64,000 nucleotides of DNA, from IMG/VR virus record IMGVR_UViG_3300044640_001495, positions 186,001 to 250,000 of that record, one strand, 5' to 3'. The notes under the pieces are model-generated. The model saw only the letters and a program-made list of their open reading frames with translations, did no database searches and was not told the origin of the DNA. Positions within the stretch are counted from its first letter, which is position 1. Every line of letters starts with the position of its first letter. Below are positions 29,705 to 39,061 of the stretch, piece after piece. A program made the translations under genes and the position numbers.

Positions 29705-31402
29705 ATGTCATGGAAAAAGTATTTTACACCAGTTAAGTTAGACAATCAAATGGGTTCGTCTAGTCCAATCTCTGGTGGTGGCCGTCCAGGTCCTGCTCGT
29801 GCTAATTATTCTAGCTATCTTCCTGATGTCTATGCAGGCACCCCTAATCGTATTGAACGTTATATGCAGTATGACACCATGGATATGGATTCAGAAGTCA
29901 ACGCCGCCCTAGATATTCTAGCAGAGTTCTGCACACAGAAAGACAAAGAAAATGCCACTCCTTTTCAAACTTTCTATAGAGGCAATCCCACTAGTACTGA
30001 AGTTAAACTCATAAAAGAAAGTCTTCAGAAATGGACCAAACAACAACAATTTGAAACTAGAATTTTTCGCATAGTTAGAAACGCTTTCAAGTATGGCGAC
30101 GTATTTTTTATCCGTGATCCTGAAACCAAAAAATGGTTGTTTGTGGATGCAGCCAAGGTCACTAAAATTATTGTTAACGAATCAGAAGGCAAAATTCCAG
30201 AACAATATGTAGTCAAAGACATTAATTTTAATTTTAAAAATTTAATTGCAGTTACTCCACACGGCACAACAAATACCAGTCCAAGTGGAACATCAACAAG
30301 CTATTCAGGCGGTAGTCAAGGTAGAGGCATGGTAGGCAATGTTAGTCAACCTCCAGGAACTAGATTTCACAATCAAACCAACGAAGTCACAGTTGATGCC
30401 AAAAACGTAATTCATATCAGTTTATCAGAAGGACTAGATGCAAACTATCCTTTTGGTAATTCATTATTAGAATCAGTATTCAAAGTCTACAAGCAGAAAG
30501 AATTGCTTGAAGATGCTATTATTATCTATCGTGTACAACGTGCTCCTGAAAGACGTATATTCTATATTGACGTTGGAAATATGCCTGCACACATGGCCAT
30601 GAGCTTTGTAGAACGTGTTAAAAACGAAATTCAACAAAGACGTATTCCGTCATCAACAGGTGGCGGCAATAATGTTATTGATGCCAGCTACAATCCTCTA
30701 AGTGCTTCAGAAGACTACTTCTTTCCACAGACCGCTGAAGGACGTGGATCAAAAGTTGACACACTAGCAGGCGGTACAAATCTTGGTGAGATCACAGATC
30801 TACGCTTTTTTACCAACAAGTTATTCCGTGCTTTGAGAATACCGGCAGCCTACTTGCCCACAGGAATTGAAGAAGCTTCAAACACGGTTGCTGACGGAAA
30901 GGTAGGCACAGCTTATATTCAAGAATTACGTTTTAACAAATATTGCGAACGTTTACAAAACAGTATTGTGGAAACATTTGATTTGGAATTCAAGTTATGG
31001 ATGGAAAGCAATGGTGTAAACATTGACCCAAGTCTATTTGAATTAAAGTTTAACCCTCCACAAAACTTTGCGGCCTATCGTCAAAGTGAACTAGATACTG
31101 CCCGTGCAGCTACATTTGCACAGCTACAAGAAATTCCACATCTCAGCAAACGGTTTGCTATGAAACGATTCTTGGGCATGACTCAAGAAGAGATCACAGA
31201 AAACGAACGCATGTGGAGAGAAGAACAAGGCGGCAATCTAAAACCAGTGCTAGATGCCGGCGGCCAAATGAGATCTGTGGGAATTACTCCTGCAGGAACA
31301 CAGGCAGATCTAGCAAGTCAGGCAGAAGAAGCGCCAGAAGAAGCACCAGTAGACACAGGCGCAGAAGGCGAAGCTGCGCCAGCAGAAGCACCGGCCCAGT
31401 GA
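29705..31402 (+). CDS. gp20: Portal protein
   Basis: YKQKELLEDAIIIYRVQRAPERRIFYIDVGNMP, EDYFFP..EGRGSKVDTLAGG.NLGEI.D..FF..KLFRALRIP. Confidence 0.97.
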   Translation: MSWKKYFTPVKLDNQMGSSSPISGGGRPGPARANYSSYLPDVYAGTPNRIERYMQYDTMDMDSEVNAALDILAEFCTQKDKENATPFQTFYRGNPTSTEVKLIKESLQKWTKQQQFETRIFRIVRNAFKYGDVFFIRDPETKKWLFVDAAKVTKIIVNESEGKIPEQYVVKDINFNFKNLIAVTPHGTTNTSPSGTSTSYSGGSQGRGMVGNVSQPPGTRFHNQTNEVTVDAKNVIHISLSEGLDANYPFGNSLLESVFKVYKQKELLEDAIIIYRVQRAPERRIFYIDVGNMPAHMAMSFVERVKNEIQQRRIPSSTGGGNNVIDASYNPLSASEDYFFPQTAEGRGSKVDTLAGGTNLGEITDLRFFTNKLFRALRIPAAYLPTGIEEASNTVADGKVGTAYIQELRFNKYCERLQNSIVETFDLEFKLWMESNGVNIDPSLFELKFNPPQNFAAYRQSELDTARAATFAQLQEIPHLSKRFAMKRFLGMTQEEITENERMWREEQGGNLKPVLDAGGQMRSVGITPAGTQADLASQAEEAPEEAPVDTGAEGEAAPAEAPAQ

Positions 31403-31408
31403 TAAATA
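31403..31408 (+). promoter_or_regulatory. Late promoter core TAAATA, 4 nt before ATG 31413 (probably leaderless)
   Basis: GATAAATATCATATG; no SD. Confidence 0.55.
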
Positions 31409-31412
31409 TCAT

Positions 31413-31664
31413 ATGCTCCTACTAGAATTCCTTTATTTCAATGACAACAACAACGACTTTGCAGTTGATCGTCGTTATGAAAATAACAAAGACAGCTCTG
31501 TGCTCAAAAGAAGTGACACTAGAAAAACTCGTCTAACACTAAGACAAATCAATAGACTGCGCATGCAGGCAGAAGCACACGACTATGAGCGTGATTCTGA
31601 ATTAGAATTTGTAAGACAGATGTATGGAGCACCAGCAGGTGAAGCAGAGCAACCAGCAGAATAA
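31413..31664 (+). CDS. Small head-module protein (hypothetical)
   Basis: 83 aa ORF between the portal and prohead genes; DTRKTRLTLRQINRLR..VRQMYG. Confidence 0.7.
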   Translation: MLLLEFLYFNDNNNDFAVDRRYENNKDSSVLKRSDTRKTRLTLRQINRLRMQAEAHDYERDSELEFVRQMYGAPAGEAEQPAE

Positions 31665-32280
31665 CGTTGCATTTGTACTAGGCAACGGCACCAGCAGGCG
31701 CAGTTTAAACCATAACAGCTTACTAGATAAGGGCATAGTCTACGCCTGTAATGCCATGTACAGAGAATTTGAACCGCACTATCTCATAGCTGTAGATGTT
31801 AAAATGGTCAATGAAATAGTAGCATCTGGTTATAACAAAACACATGCTGTATGGACCAATCCCAACAAAGGCATTAGTACCAAGCATCATCTCAATCTAT
31901 TCAATCCACACAAGGGGTGGAGCAGTGGTCCTACAGCTCTTTGGTTTGCCAGCGAGCAGGGACATAGAGACATTTATATTTTTGGATTCGATTTTCAAGG
32001 TCTGCAGGGTAGATTCAACAATATGTACGCAGATACCTACAACTATAAAAAAACCAGCGACACAGCCACCTTCCATGGCAATTGGCTAAGTCAGACCGAA
32101 AGAACTATCAAAGATTTTAGACATACTCAATATTATCGTGTAATCAATCCAGGAGACTTTGTACCCGATCAACTGGGCATACAGATCAAAAACATCAAGC
32201 ACATCACCTATGACGACTTCAACAGTCGTTTTCCTGGCTGTACTTATACAGCAGAAACTGTTCAAAAAACTACCATTTAA
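31639..32280 (+). CDS. Maf/DUF115/CstII-like (sialyltransferase-type Rossmann) transferase
   Basis: AFVLGNGTSR, VYACNA, YLIAVD, SSGPTAL..A...GHRDIYIFGFDF. GTG at 31639 follows a GGAG SD; the alternative start is ATG 31624. Confidence 0.6.
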   Translation: MKQSNQQNNVAFVLGNGTSRRSLNHNSLLDKGIVYACNAMYREFEPHYLIAVDVKMVNEIVASGYNKTHAVWTNPNKGISTKHHLNLFNPHKGWSSGPTALWFASEQGHRDIYIFGFDFQGLQGRFNNMYADTYNYKKTSDTATFHGNWLSQTERTIKDFRHTQYYRVINPGDFVPDQLGIQIKNIKHITYDDFNSRFPGCTYTAETVQKTTI

Positions 32281-32302
32281 CCCCAGATTGTAATCATAGT
32301 GT

Positions 32303-32308
32303 TAAATA
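32303..32308 (+). promoter_or_regulatory. Late promoter core TAAATA for the prohead core-protease-scaffold-capsid operon
   Basis: GTTAAATA 36 nt upstream of ATG 32345, with an AAGGAG SD. Confidence 0.6.
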
Positions 32309-32344
32309 AAAGCACAGCCTAACCATCTTGAAGGAGAATATAAC

Positions 32345-33259
32345 ATGGCAGAAAAATCACTACTTGAGCAGATGCTCGAGCGTTTGGTCAATGACGATCA
32401 AGCTAAAGCAGAAGAATTATTCCACGAGTACGTAGTTGGAAAATCTCGTGAGATCTACGAAAATCTAATCGAAGCTGAAATGGCTGACGATGAAGAAACA
32501 GATCCAGAAGATCCAGAAGTCAAAGAAGAATCAGAAGTCGATGAAGAAAACGACTTGGACGAAGAATTTGAAGAAATTGCCTACGAAGGCGACGACGAAG
32601 TTGGCGGCCCAGCAGGTGACATGGGTGATGACCTAGCAGGCGAACTAGGCCCTGAAGAAGAGGGTGATGAAGACCTAAGCGCAAACAGCGAAGAAGAATT
32701 ATTCCAAGACCTAGACAGCATTGTAGACGAACTACAAGCACGTTTTGACAAGCTAGGCGGTGGCGAAGAAGGTGGTATGGACGGCATGGACGGAATGGAC
32801 GGCAAAATGAAAGATGATTTCGATCTAGCCACAGTACGTGAATATGTTGAAAAAGTTCCAGGCGGCCACGGCGCAGAAAAGAAAGGTCAAGGTGAAGGAG
32901 CACTGTCAGGCACAGGCAAACTAAGCCAAGGTTCTAGCACAAATGCCAAGTCTATTGTTGCAGGAAAAAATGACATGGGTGGTACAACAGCCAACATTCT
33001 AGGTAGCAAAGAAGAAGCAGCCAAGTATGTGGGTTCAGGTGGCGGCCAACTAGGCGGATCTAGCCTATTCAAAGGTACACCAAAAGAAGATAATGCAGGT
33101 AATATCAATGTTCCAGGCGGCAAGGCAGGTGGTGCTTTTTCAACGAAAGAGCCAGGTCATGGTGCAGAGAAGAAAGGTGAAGCTGAAGGCAAATTTAGCG
33201 GCACAGGTGGTTCTTCCGGTTCAGTTGATAAAGCAAGCCTTTTCCGTGGTCGTAGGTAA
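32345..33259 (+). CDS. Acidic prohead core protein (gp67/gp68-like position)
   Basis: Highly acidic N-half, Gly-rich C-half with GHGAEKKG twice; immediately upstream of the protease. Confidence 0.6.
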   Translation: MAEKSLLEQMLERLVNDDQAKAEELFHEYVVGKSREIYENLIEAEMADDEETDPEDPEVKEESEVDEENDLDEEFEEIAYEGDDEVGGPAGDMGDDLAGELGPEEEGDEDLSANSEEELFQDLDSIVDELQARFDKLGGGEEGGMDGMDGMDGKMKDDFDLATVREYVEKVPGGHGAEKKGQGEGALSGTGKLSQGSSTNAKSIVAGKNDMGGTTANILGSKEEAAKYVGSGGGQLGGSSLFKGTPKEDNAGNINVPGGKAGGAFSTKEPGHGAEKKGEAEGKFSGTGGSSGSVDKASLFRGRR

Positions 33260-33268
33260 TAGGACATA

Positions 33269-33898
33269 ATGGTGAAAACTAACCTTAGCGAACAATTGAG
33301 TTTCGATCAGGCTAAGATTGTCTTGGAGAGCGAAGAAGAGAACGGTAAGAAATCGCTGCACTTGAACGGTATCTGCATTCAAGGAGATATCCGTAATCAG
33401 AATCAGCGAATTTATTCTTCTCAAGAGATTGGCAAGGCTGTCAAAACGCTCAACGAACAGATCTCTGGCGGATATTCTGTTTGCGGAGAGTTAGATCATC
33501 CTCAGGATTTAAAAATCAATCTAGATCGTGTTAGTCATATGATTACCAAGATGTGGATGGATGGTCCTAACGGCTACGGAAAACTTAAAATTATCCCAAC
33601 TCCAATGGGTCAGTTAGTTCAGACCATGTTGGAGTCGGGAGTAAAGTTGGGTGTATCGAGTAGAGGTTCCGGTGAAGTAGATGGCAGTGGTAATGTTCAA
33701 GGTTTTGAAATTATCACAGTTGATATTGTAGCACAACCTAGCGCCCCGGGAGCTTACCCAACTCCAGTATACGAACATTTAATGAATACATTAGGTGGAA
33801 ATCAGGCATTTAAAATAGCACAAGAAGTCAAAGGCGACCCAAAGGCACAGAAATACATAGCAGAGAGTCTGGTGAAGATCATCAGAGGTCTCAAATAA
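33269..33898 (+). CDS. gp21: Prohead protease
   Basis: GICIQGDIRNQNQRIY, GELDHP, INLDRVSH, LGVSSRGSG, DIVAQPSAPGAY. Confidence 0.97.
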   Translation: MVKTNLSEQLSFDQAKIVLESEEENGKKSLHLNGICIQGDIRNQNQRIYSSQEIGKAVKTLNEQISGGYSVCGELDHPQDLKINLDRVSHMITKMWMDGPNGYGKLKIIPTPMGQLVQTMLESGVKLGVSSRGSGEVDGSGNVQGFEIITVDIVAQPSAPGAYPTPVYEHLMNTLGGNQAFKIAQEVKGDPKAQKYIAESLVKIIRGLK

Positions 33899-33913
33899 CA
33901 GTAGGAGAATCAC

Positions 33914-35011
33914 ATGCTAGATTTCGTTAAACAGTTGTTTGAAAACAATGTGATTTCCGAAGAACTTAAATCGGAAATTGAATCAGCTTGGCAAAGCAGA
34001 ATTCAAGAAAATCGTGACCAAGTCACTGCCACACTTCGTGAAGAATTTGCACAGAAGTACGAGCACGACAAGACCGCGATGGTAGAAGCCGTTGAAACAA
34101 TGTTAGCAGACCGCCTACAGGCAGAGCTATCAGAGTTGGCTGAAGACCGTCAAGGACTTATCGATGCACGTACAAAATACACACAAAAAATGAAATCAGA
34201 TGCTACAGCAATGGAAGCATTTGTATTGAATAATTTGCGCAAAGAACTTGCAGAATTACACGAAGATCGTAAAGCAGTTGCTAACAACGTTGGTAAATTA
34301 GAATCTTTTATCGTGGATGCACTAGCGAAAGAAATCGCGGAATTCCATGCAGATAAGAAAGACTTAGCTGAAACTAAAGTAAAACTGGTGCGCGAAAGCA
34401 AAGCCAAGTTTGAACAGATCAAGAAAGATTTTATTGCTCGCTCATCAACTATCATTCAAGAAACAGTCTCTAAAGGACTCAAAGCTGAAATGGTACAGTT
34501 GCGCGAGGACATTGACGCTGCCCGCAGAAATGATTTTGGCCGCAGAATTTTTGAAAGTTTTGCCAGCGAGTACGCTGCCAGTCATCTCAATGAGAAGTCT
34601 GAAACAGCTAAACTTCTAAGAGTAGTTGCTGCAAAAGAGCAAGAACTTGAAGAAGCAGCAAAAATTGTTGCAGAAACACAAAAATTAGTAGAAAGTCGTG
34701 AACAACAGCTACGTATTGCACAAAACACAATGGATCGCAAAGAAGTTATGAGCGAATTGCTTGGCCCATTAGGTGGAGACAAACGTGAAGTGATGAAAGA
34801 ATTACTTGAGTCAGTTCAGACAGAAAAACTATACACCGCTTATGACAAGTACCTACCTTCAGTAATGAATGGTGGCAATGCTCCAGTCAAGAAAGCGTTG
34901 ACCGAAGGCAAAGAAATTACAGGCGATAAAAATCAGGCACAATCTTTTGGCAGAGAAGAAAAATCTGCTGAAATTTTTGACATCCGCAGGCTTGCGGGAC
35001 TAAAAGTTTAA
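33914..35011 (+). CDS. gp22: Prohead core scaffold protein
   Basis: Coiled-coil, Glu-rich, between the protease and the major capsid gene; ends DIRRLAGLKV. Confidence 0.85.
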   Translation: MLDFVKQLFENNVISEELKSEIESAWQSRIQENRDQVTATLREEFAQKYEHDKTAMVEAVETMLADRLQAELSELAEDRQGLIDARTKYTQKMKSDATAMEAFVLNNLRKELAELHEDRKAVANNVGKLESFIVDALAKEIAEFHADKKDLAETKVKLVRESKAKFEQIKKDFIARSSTIIQETVSKGLKAEMVQLREDIDAARRNDFGRRIFESFASEYAASHLNEKSETAKLLRVVAAKEQELEEAAKIVAETQKLVESREQQLRIAQNTMDRKEVMSELLGPLGGDKREVMKELLESVQTEKLYTAYDKYLPSVMNGGNAPVKKALTEGKEITGDKNQAQSFGREEKSAEIFDIRRLAGLKV

Positions 35012-35022
35012 GGAGAACTATA

Positions 35023-36198
35023 ATGTCACAATTACTCGAGTCACGCTGGTCGGAGACCAAAGAAGCTCTTTTAGAAGGTCTTCAAGGTAACAAGCGTTCA
35101 GTAATGGCAACTACTCTAGAAAATACTCGCAAGTATCTAGCTGAAAGTGCTACTGCTGGAGCTACATCCGCTGGCAACGTTGCAACCCTAAATCGTGTGA
35201 TCCTTCCAGTGATCAGACGTGTACTACCTACCGTTATTGCTAACGAATTAGTCGGCGTACAACCAATGACTGGCCCAGTTGGTCAAATTCATACACTACG
35301 TGTTCGCTACTCAGATAGCTTCACAGGTGCTACAGGTGGATCTACAACAGCTGGTGAAGAAGCACTAAGCCCGTTCAAGATTGCTGAAGGCTATTCTGGT
35401 AATACCAACGGTGTAGCTGATGCAACAGCTGCCAAAGAAGGTGTTGCTGGTAACAAACTAAGCATTCAAATCTTGAAGCAGACAGTTGAAGCCAAGACAC
35501 GTAAGTTGTCAGCTCGCTGGACATTCGAAGCAGCTCAAGATGCACAAGCCCAACAAGGTATTGACATCGAAGCTGAGATCATGGCAGCTCTTGCACAAGA
35601 GATCACTGCTGAGATCGACCAAGAAGTTCTACGTAGCCTAGGTACTTTGGCTGCTGGCGCAGGCAATACAGTAGCGTATGATCAGACAGGTGTGTCTGGT
35701 ACAGCTACATTCGTTGGTGACGAGCATGCTGCATTGGCAGTTGCTATCAACCGTGTTGCTAACGTGATCGCTCAGCGTACACGTCGCGGTGCTGGTAACT
35801 GGGCTGTTGTTAGCCCACAAGCATTGACAATTCTTCAAAGTGCTACAACTTCTGCGTTCGCAAGAACAACAGAAGGTACATTCGAAGCACCTACAAACAC
35901 TAAGTTTGTTGGTACATTGAATAGCGCAATGAAAGTGTATGTTAACACATACGCTGCTGATGACAGCGCAATTGTTGTTGGTTATAAAGGTTCTAGCGAA
36001 TCTGATGCAGCAGCATTCTATTGCCCATACATTCCATTGATGAGCAGTGGTGTTGTTCTAGACCCAAGCACATTTGAGCCAGTTGTTTCTTTCATGACCA
36101 GATATGGTTATGTTGAGTTAACAAATACTGCTTCATCTCTTGGTAATGCAGCAGACTACCTAGGTCGTGTAACAATCGCTGGTGTTTCTTATACCTAA
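35023..36198 (+). CDS. gp23: Major capsid protein
   Basis: LPVIRRVLP..IANELVGVQPMTGPVGQI, VEAKTRKLSARWTFEAAQD, YKGSSESDAAAFYCPYIPL, TFEPVVSFMTRYG. Confidence 0.98.
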   Translation: MSQLLESRWSETKEALLEGLQGNKRSVMATTLENTRKYLAESATAGATSAGNVATLNRVILPVIRRVLPTVIANELVGVQPMTGPVGQIHTLRVRYSDSFTGATGGSTTAGEEALSPFKIAEGYSGNTNGVADATAAKEGVAGNKLSIQILKQTVEAKTRKLSARWTFEAAQDAQAQQGIDIEAEIMAALAQEITAEIDQEVLRSLGTLAAGAGNTVAYDQTGVSGTATFVGDEHAALAVAINRVANVIAQRTRRGAGNWAVVSPQALTILQSATTSAFARTTEGTFEAPTNTKFVGTLNSAMKVYVNTYAADDSAIVVGYKGSSESDAAAFYCPYIPLMSSGVVLDPSTFEPVVSFMTRYGYVELTNTASSLGNAADYLGRVTIAGVSYT

Positions 36199-36227
36199 TC
36201 CGTATTAGCAATTACTACGACAAGTTC

Positions 36228-36251
36228 AAAAAGGCTCTTCGGAGCCTTTTT
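36228..36251 (+). terminator. Intrinsic terminator after the major capsid gene
   Basis: AAAAAGGCTC-TTCG-GAGCCTTTTT (UUCG tetraloop). Confidence 0.92.
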
Positions 36252-36270
36252 GTTTGACTTAAATATCGGT

Positions 36271-36540
36271 ATGAAAGTAGAAAGCGATCAAGATTTTAAA
36301 AAATTACAAAATCAATTTAGCTTATGGCGCACACGCTTTCCTATGTTTAGACACGATGTACAACAAATAGAACGTATGATAAACATGCACATACAAGAGC
36401 ATAGTAAAATTATGGTTGCTCACAGGCAAACTCACAGCAGAAGCCATTTAGAACGAGCTCAAAAAGAAATAGATTCTATCAATCAGATTATAGCCACAGT
36501 AGAAAAATTAGAGTTAATGGCTATGCTGAGTCGCGGATAA
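36271..36540 (+). CDS. Hypothetical helical protein (89 aa), probably leaderless
   Basis: ATG 36271 is 5 nt after TAAATA (36260-36265); the TTG 36250 start in the ORF track lies inside the terminator. Confidence 0.65.
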   Translation: MKVESDQDFKKLQNQFSLWRTRFPMFRHDVQQIERMINMHIQEHSKIMVAHRQTHSRSHLERAQKEIDSINQIIATVEKLELMAMLSRG

Positions 36541-36612
36541 ATAAAGTATCTAGAAAAGATTGTGCGGAGCCACCGTGCATGACCTAGAACGTCACTCAAA
36601 GGAGAAAATCAA
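36538..36612 (+). promoter_or_regulatory. Late promoter plus structured, pseudoknot-like 5' leader
   Basis: TAAATA 36538-36543; hairpin 36561-36579; hairpin TGAC/GTCA 36580-36594 whose loop CTAGA can pair with TCTAG 36549-36553. Confidence 0.5.
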
Positions 36613-37146
36613 ATGGCAAATAAAGTAAATAACCGATATTTCGGACAAACAGGTGTAGCCGCTACACCAACACTACCAGTTAGAGTATATAACGGTTCTG
36701 CAAAAGAAGGCTATATTGTAAATCAAGTTGGAGCACGTAGATTTAAATGTGCAGACGATACCACAACTTATACCGATGGAACAAATGCATTAACAGTTGG
36801 CAGTCAATATGTTATTGTATCTGTTGGCGATTCAAACTTTGCTGAAATCGGTGCAAGAGCAAATGCAGCAGGAATTGTTTTTACAGCTACAGCTACAGCA
36901 ACTACTGGTGGAACTACAGGCACAGTCTACGAAGTAATTACAGCTAAATTAGTGCAAGGTACTGCTAGCGATCCTACCGCAGCTAATACAGCCACACTAG
37001 TTGGTATTGTAGCGGGTGCGGGCCAACGTCCTGTTACACTAAAGAAAATTAATTACAGAACAGCAGTTGACTTTAGCGGAAACCGTTATAAGTGGTCATT
37101 AAGTGATGACTCTACACAGACCTTGTTAATTTTAACCGCTATTTAA
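36613..37146 (+). CDS. Virion structural protein (hypothetical)
   Basis: 177 aa, Thr/Ala/Gly-rich beta-type composition, strong SD, late promoter. Confidence 0.7.
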   Translation: MANKVNNRYFGQTGVAATPTLPVRVYNGSAKEGYIVNQVGARRFKCADDTTTYTDGTNALTVGSQYVIVSVGDSNFAEIGARANAAGIVFTATATATTGGTTGTVYEVITAKLVQGTASDPTAANTATLVGIVAGAGQRPVTLKKINYRTAVDFSGNRYKWSLSDDSTQTLLILTAI

Positions 37147-37160
37147 TCTAGGAAGTAAAC

Positions 37161-38150
37161 ATGGGACAGTTTGTACAAGTAAGTGGTGATTACAATATCA
37201 AATCCGGTGAAGGCGCTGTTATCACGCTGGATACTGGTGCTGGTGTTGGCACCACTCGCGTTACTGGAAATTTAATCGTTGAAGGTGATACACTAAATGT
37301 CTCTGTTGAAAACTTAAATGTACAAGATAACATCATTACCCTAAACTACGGTGAAACAGGTAATGGTGTTAGTTTAAGATATTCGGGGATCGAAGTTGAT
37401 CGAGGACTTGCAACTAATGTTTCTTTATTGTGGGATGAAAACGACGACTCTTGGAATTTAAAAGAAGGCGGCGGATATAATACCAGCAAACTTAGATTAA
37501 AAGAAATTTTAACTAACAGTGATACTGATAGCGGTGATTTAACTTTAATTGGTACAGGCACAGGTGTTGTCAAAGTAGCAGGAACCACGGCCTATGAACT
37601 ACAGGTCACCGATGATGACGACGTACCCAACAAGAAATATGTAGATGATGCAATTCAAACCAATCCTACTTTCCAAATTCTAAGAGGAGACACCAGAGCC
37701 GCAGCATTTGACATTGGCAATCCCATTGATCCTGGTTTATTTCCTATCGGACCGTTTTTCACACAACCACCAGAAAGTGTTATAGGATTTGCTGTAGATG
37801 ATAATATTGTGGCGCAATTTTTCCGTAACAGAGTGCAGCTTGCAGGCATCAATTTCTTTCTAGAAGACCCCACACCCGATGCTCCCGGCATCCCCGATGC
37901 CACCGTGCTACAAACAGTCAACACCAACGGCAATATCAAATTAGAAACCAATGGCACTGGCAAAGTTCAAATAACCTATGCTCTGCAGTTGGATAATCCT
38001 GGCGCAACTCCGGCAGCAGTTTCAAATGCCAGCTTGGTCTACGGTGGATCGATTGGTACTGGTAGTACAGGTGTTTATTTTAGAAACACTGTTAATAATG
38101 ACGAATTAATAAGCAAGAGCAAGGCTCTTGTTTTCAGCATGATATTTTAA
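37161..38150 (+). CDS. Fibre/collar-type structural protein
   Basis: VTGNLIVEG..VQDNIITLN.GE..SGIEVDRG..LLWDE..W and NKKYVDD fibre motifs; hydrophobic C-terminal KALVFSMIF. Confidence 0.7.
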   Translation: MGQFVQVSGDYNIKSGEGAVITLDTGAGVGTTRVTGNLIVEGDTLNVSVENLNVQDNIITLNYGETGNGVSLRYSGIEVDRGLATNVSLLWDENDDSWNLKEGGGYNTSKLRLKEILTNSDTDSGDLTLIGTGTGVVKVAGTTAYELQVTDDDDVPNKKYVDDAIQTNPTFQILRGDTRAAAFDIGNPIDPGLFPIGPFFTQPPESVIGFAVDDNIVAQFFRNRVQLAGINFFLEDPTPDAPGIPDATVLQTVNTNGNIKLETNGTGKVQITYALQLDNPGATPAAVSNASLVYGGSIGTGSTGVYFRNTVNNDELISKSKALVFSMIF

Positions 38151-38162
38151 GAGATAATAAAA

Positions 38163-38546
38163 ATGATATACAGCACACGACTAACAACTTCAGGAGATAC
38201 GCTAGTGTTTACCAGCACTAGTACAGGAGCCCCAGTTGGTGGCGCGGTGGTTGCGCAAGATAATGCTATTACAAATATTATAGTTTGTAATACAGGAACA
38301 CCAAACTTAACTGACGAAACTGTTAACAGTTGTACTCTTACATTGAACCTAGTAGCAGCAGGTGGAGTAAGTTCTGATACCAATACTATTGTTAAAAATC
38401 TAATTGTACCTGCAGGAGAAACTGTGTTTTTCAGCGATGAAAGAATAGTATTAAGAGGAGCCAGCAGTTACGGTAACGATCAAATACGTGCTACAGCCAG
38501 TGTGGGCAATCTGTTAAGCATCACAGTGAGCGCACTACCAGTATGA
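38163..38546 (+). CDS. Small beta-sandwich virion protein (adaptor paralogue 1)
   Basis: ITNIIVCN..IVKNLIVPAGET...ERIVL; similar to 41849 and 56533. Confidence 0.65.
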   Translation: MIYSTRLTTSGDTLVFTSTSTGAPVGGAVVAQDNAITNIIVCNTGTPNLTDETVNSCTLTLNLVAAGGVSSDTNTIVKNLIVPAGETVFFSDERIVLRGASSYGNDQIRATASVGNLLSITVSALPV

Positions 38547-39043
38547 GATTCCTAAAACAAAAAACTCTCAGCAAGTACAGTCCCAGTGATCAATCACTGT
38601 TTACCAACCATTTTGGTCGTGCAGTCATGCAGCTCACTGGAGGACTTAGATTACCCAAAGGAACCACAGCACAACGTCCACAACTCAGCGGTGTTAGAAC
38701 CACAGGTGCTGCCAATGGATTTATGAGATACAATACCACCACCAATTCCATTGAAGCCTATATTGATGGAGTGTGGGAAGTGGTTAGAGCTCCAGGAGCC
38801 ACTGCTATTACCAAGCAGACTCTAGGTCCCGGTGATAATGTAGAAACTACATTTGGTCCTTTAACAAAAATACCAAACAGTGACAACAACATTTTGGTAT
38901 TTGTGGAAAACGTATTTCAAATTTCCACAACCAACTACAATCTTGTAAACAACTATCTTGGATCAGGCAATACCCATATTGTTTTTACCAGTTCAGTGCC
39001 TTTAGACAAATATATAACCATATACTTTGGCTACGCTGACTAA
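38543..39043 (+). CDS. Virion structural protein
   Basis: LRLPKGTTAQRP...GFMRYNTTTNSIEAY.DG.W fibre motif; ILVFVENVFQ baseplate-type repeat. Confidence 0.7.
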   Translation: MRFLKQKTLSKYSPSDQSLFTNHFGRAVMQLTGGLRLPKGTTAQRPQLSGVRTTGAANGFMRYNTTTNSIEAYIDGVWEVVRAPGATAITKQTLGPGDNVETTFGPLTKIPNSDNNILVFVENVFQISTTNYNLVNNYLGSGNTHIVFTSSVPLDKYITIYFGYAD

Positions 39044-39061
39044 TATTACTGGAGCGAGTCA

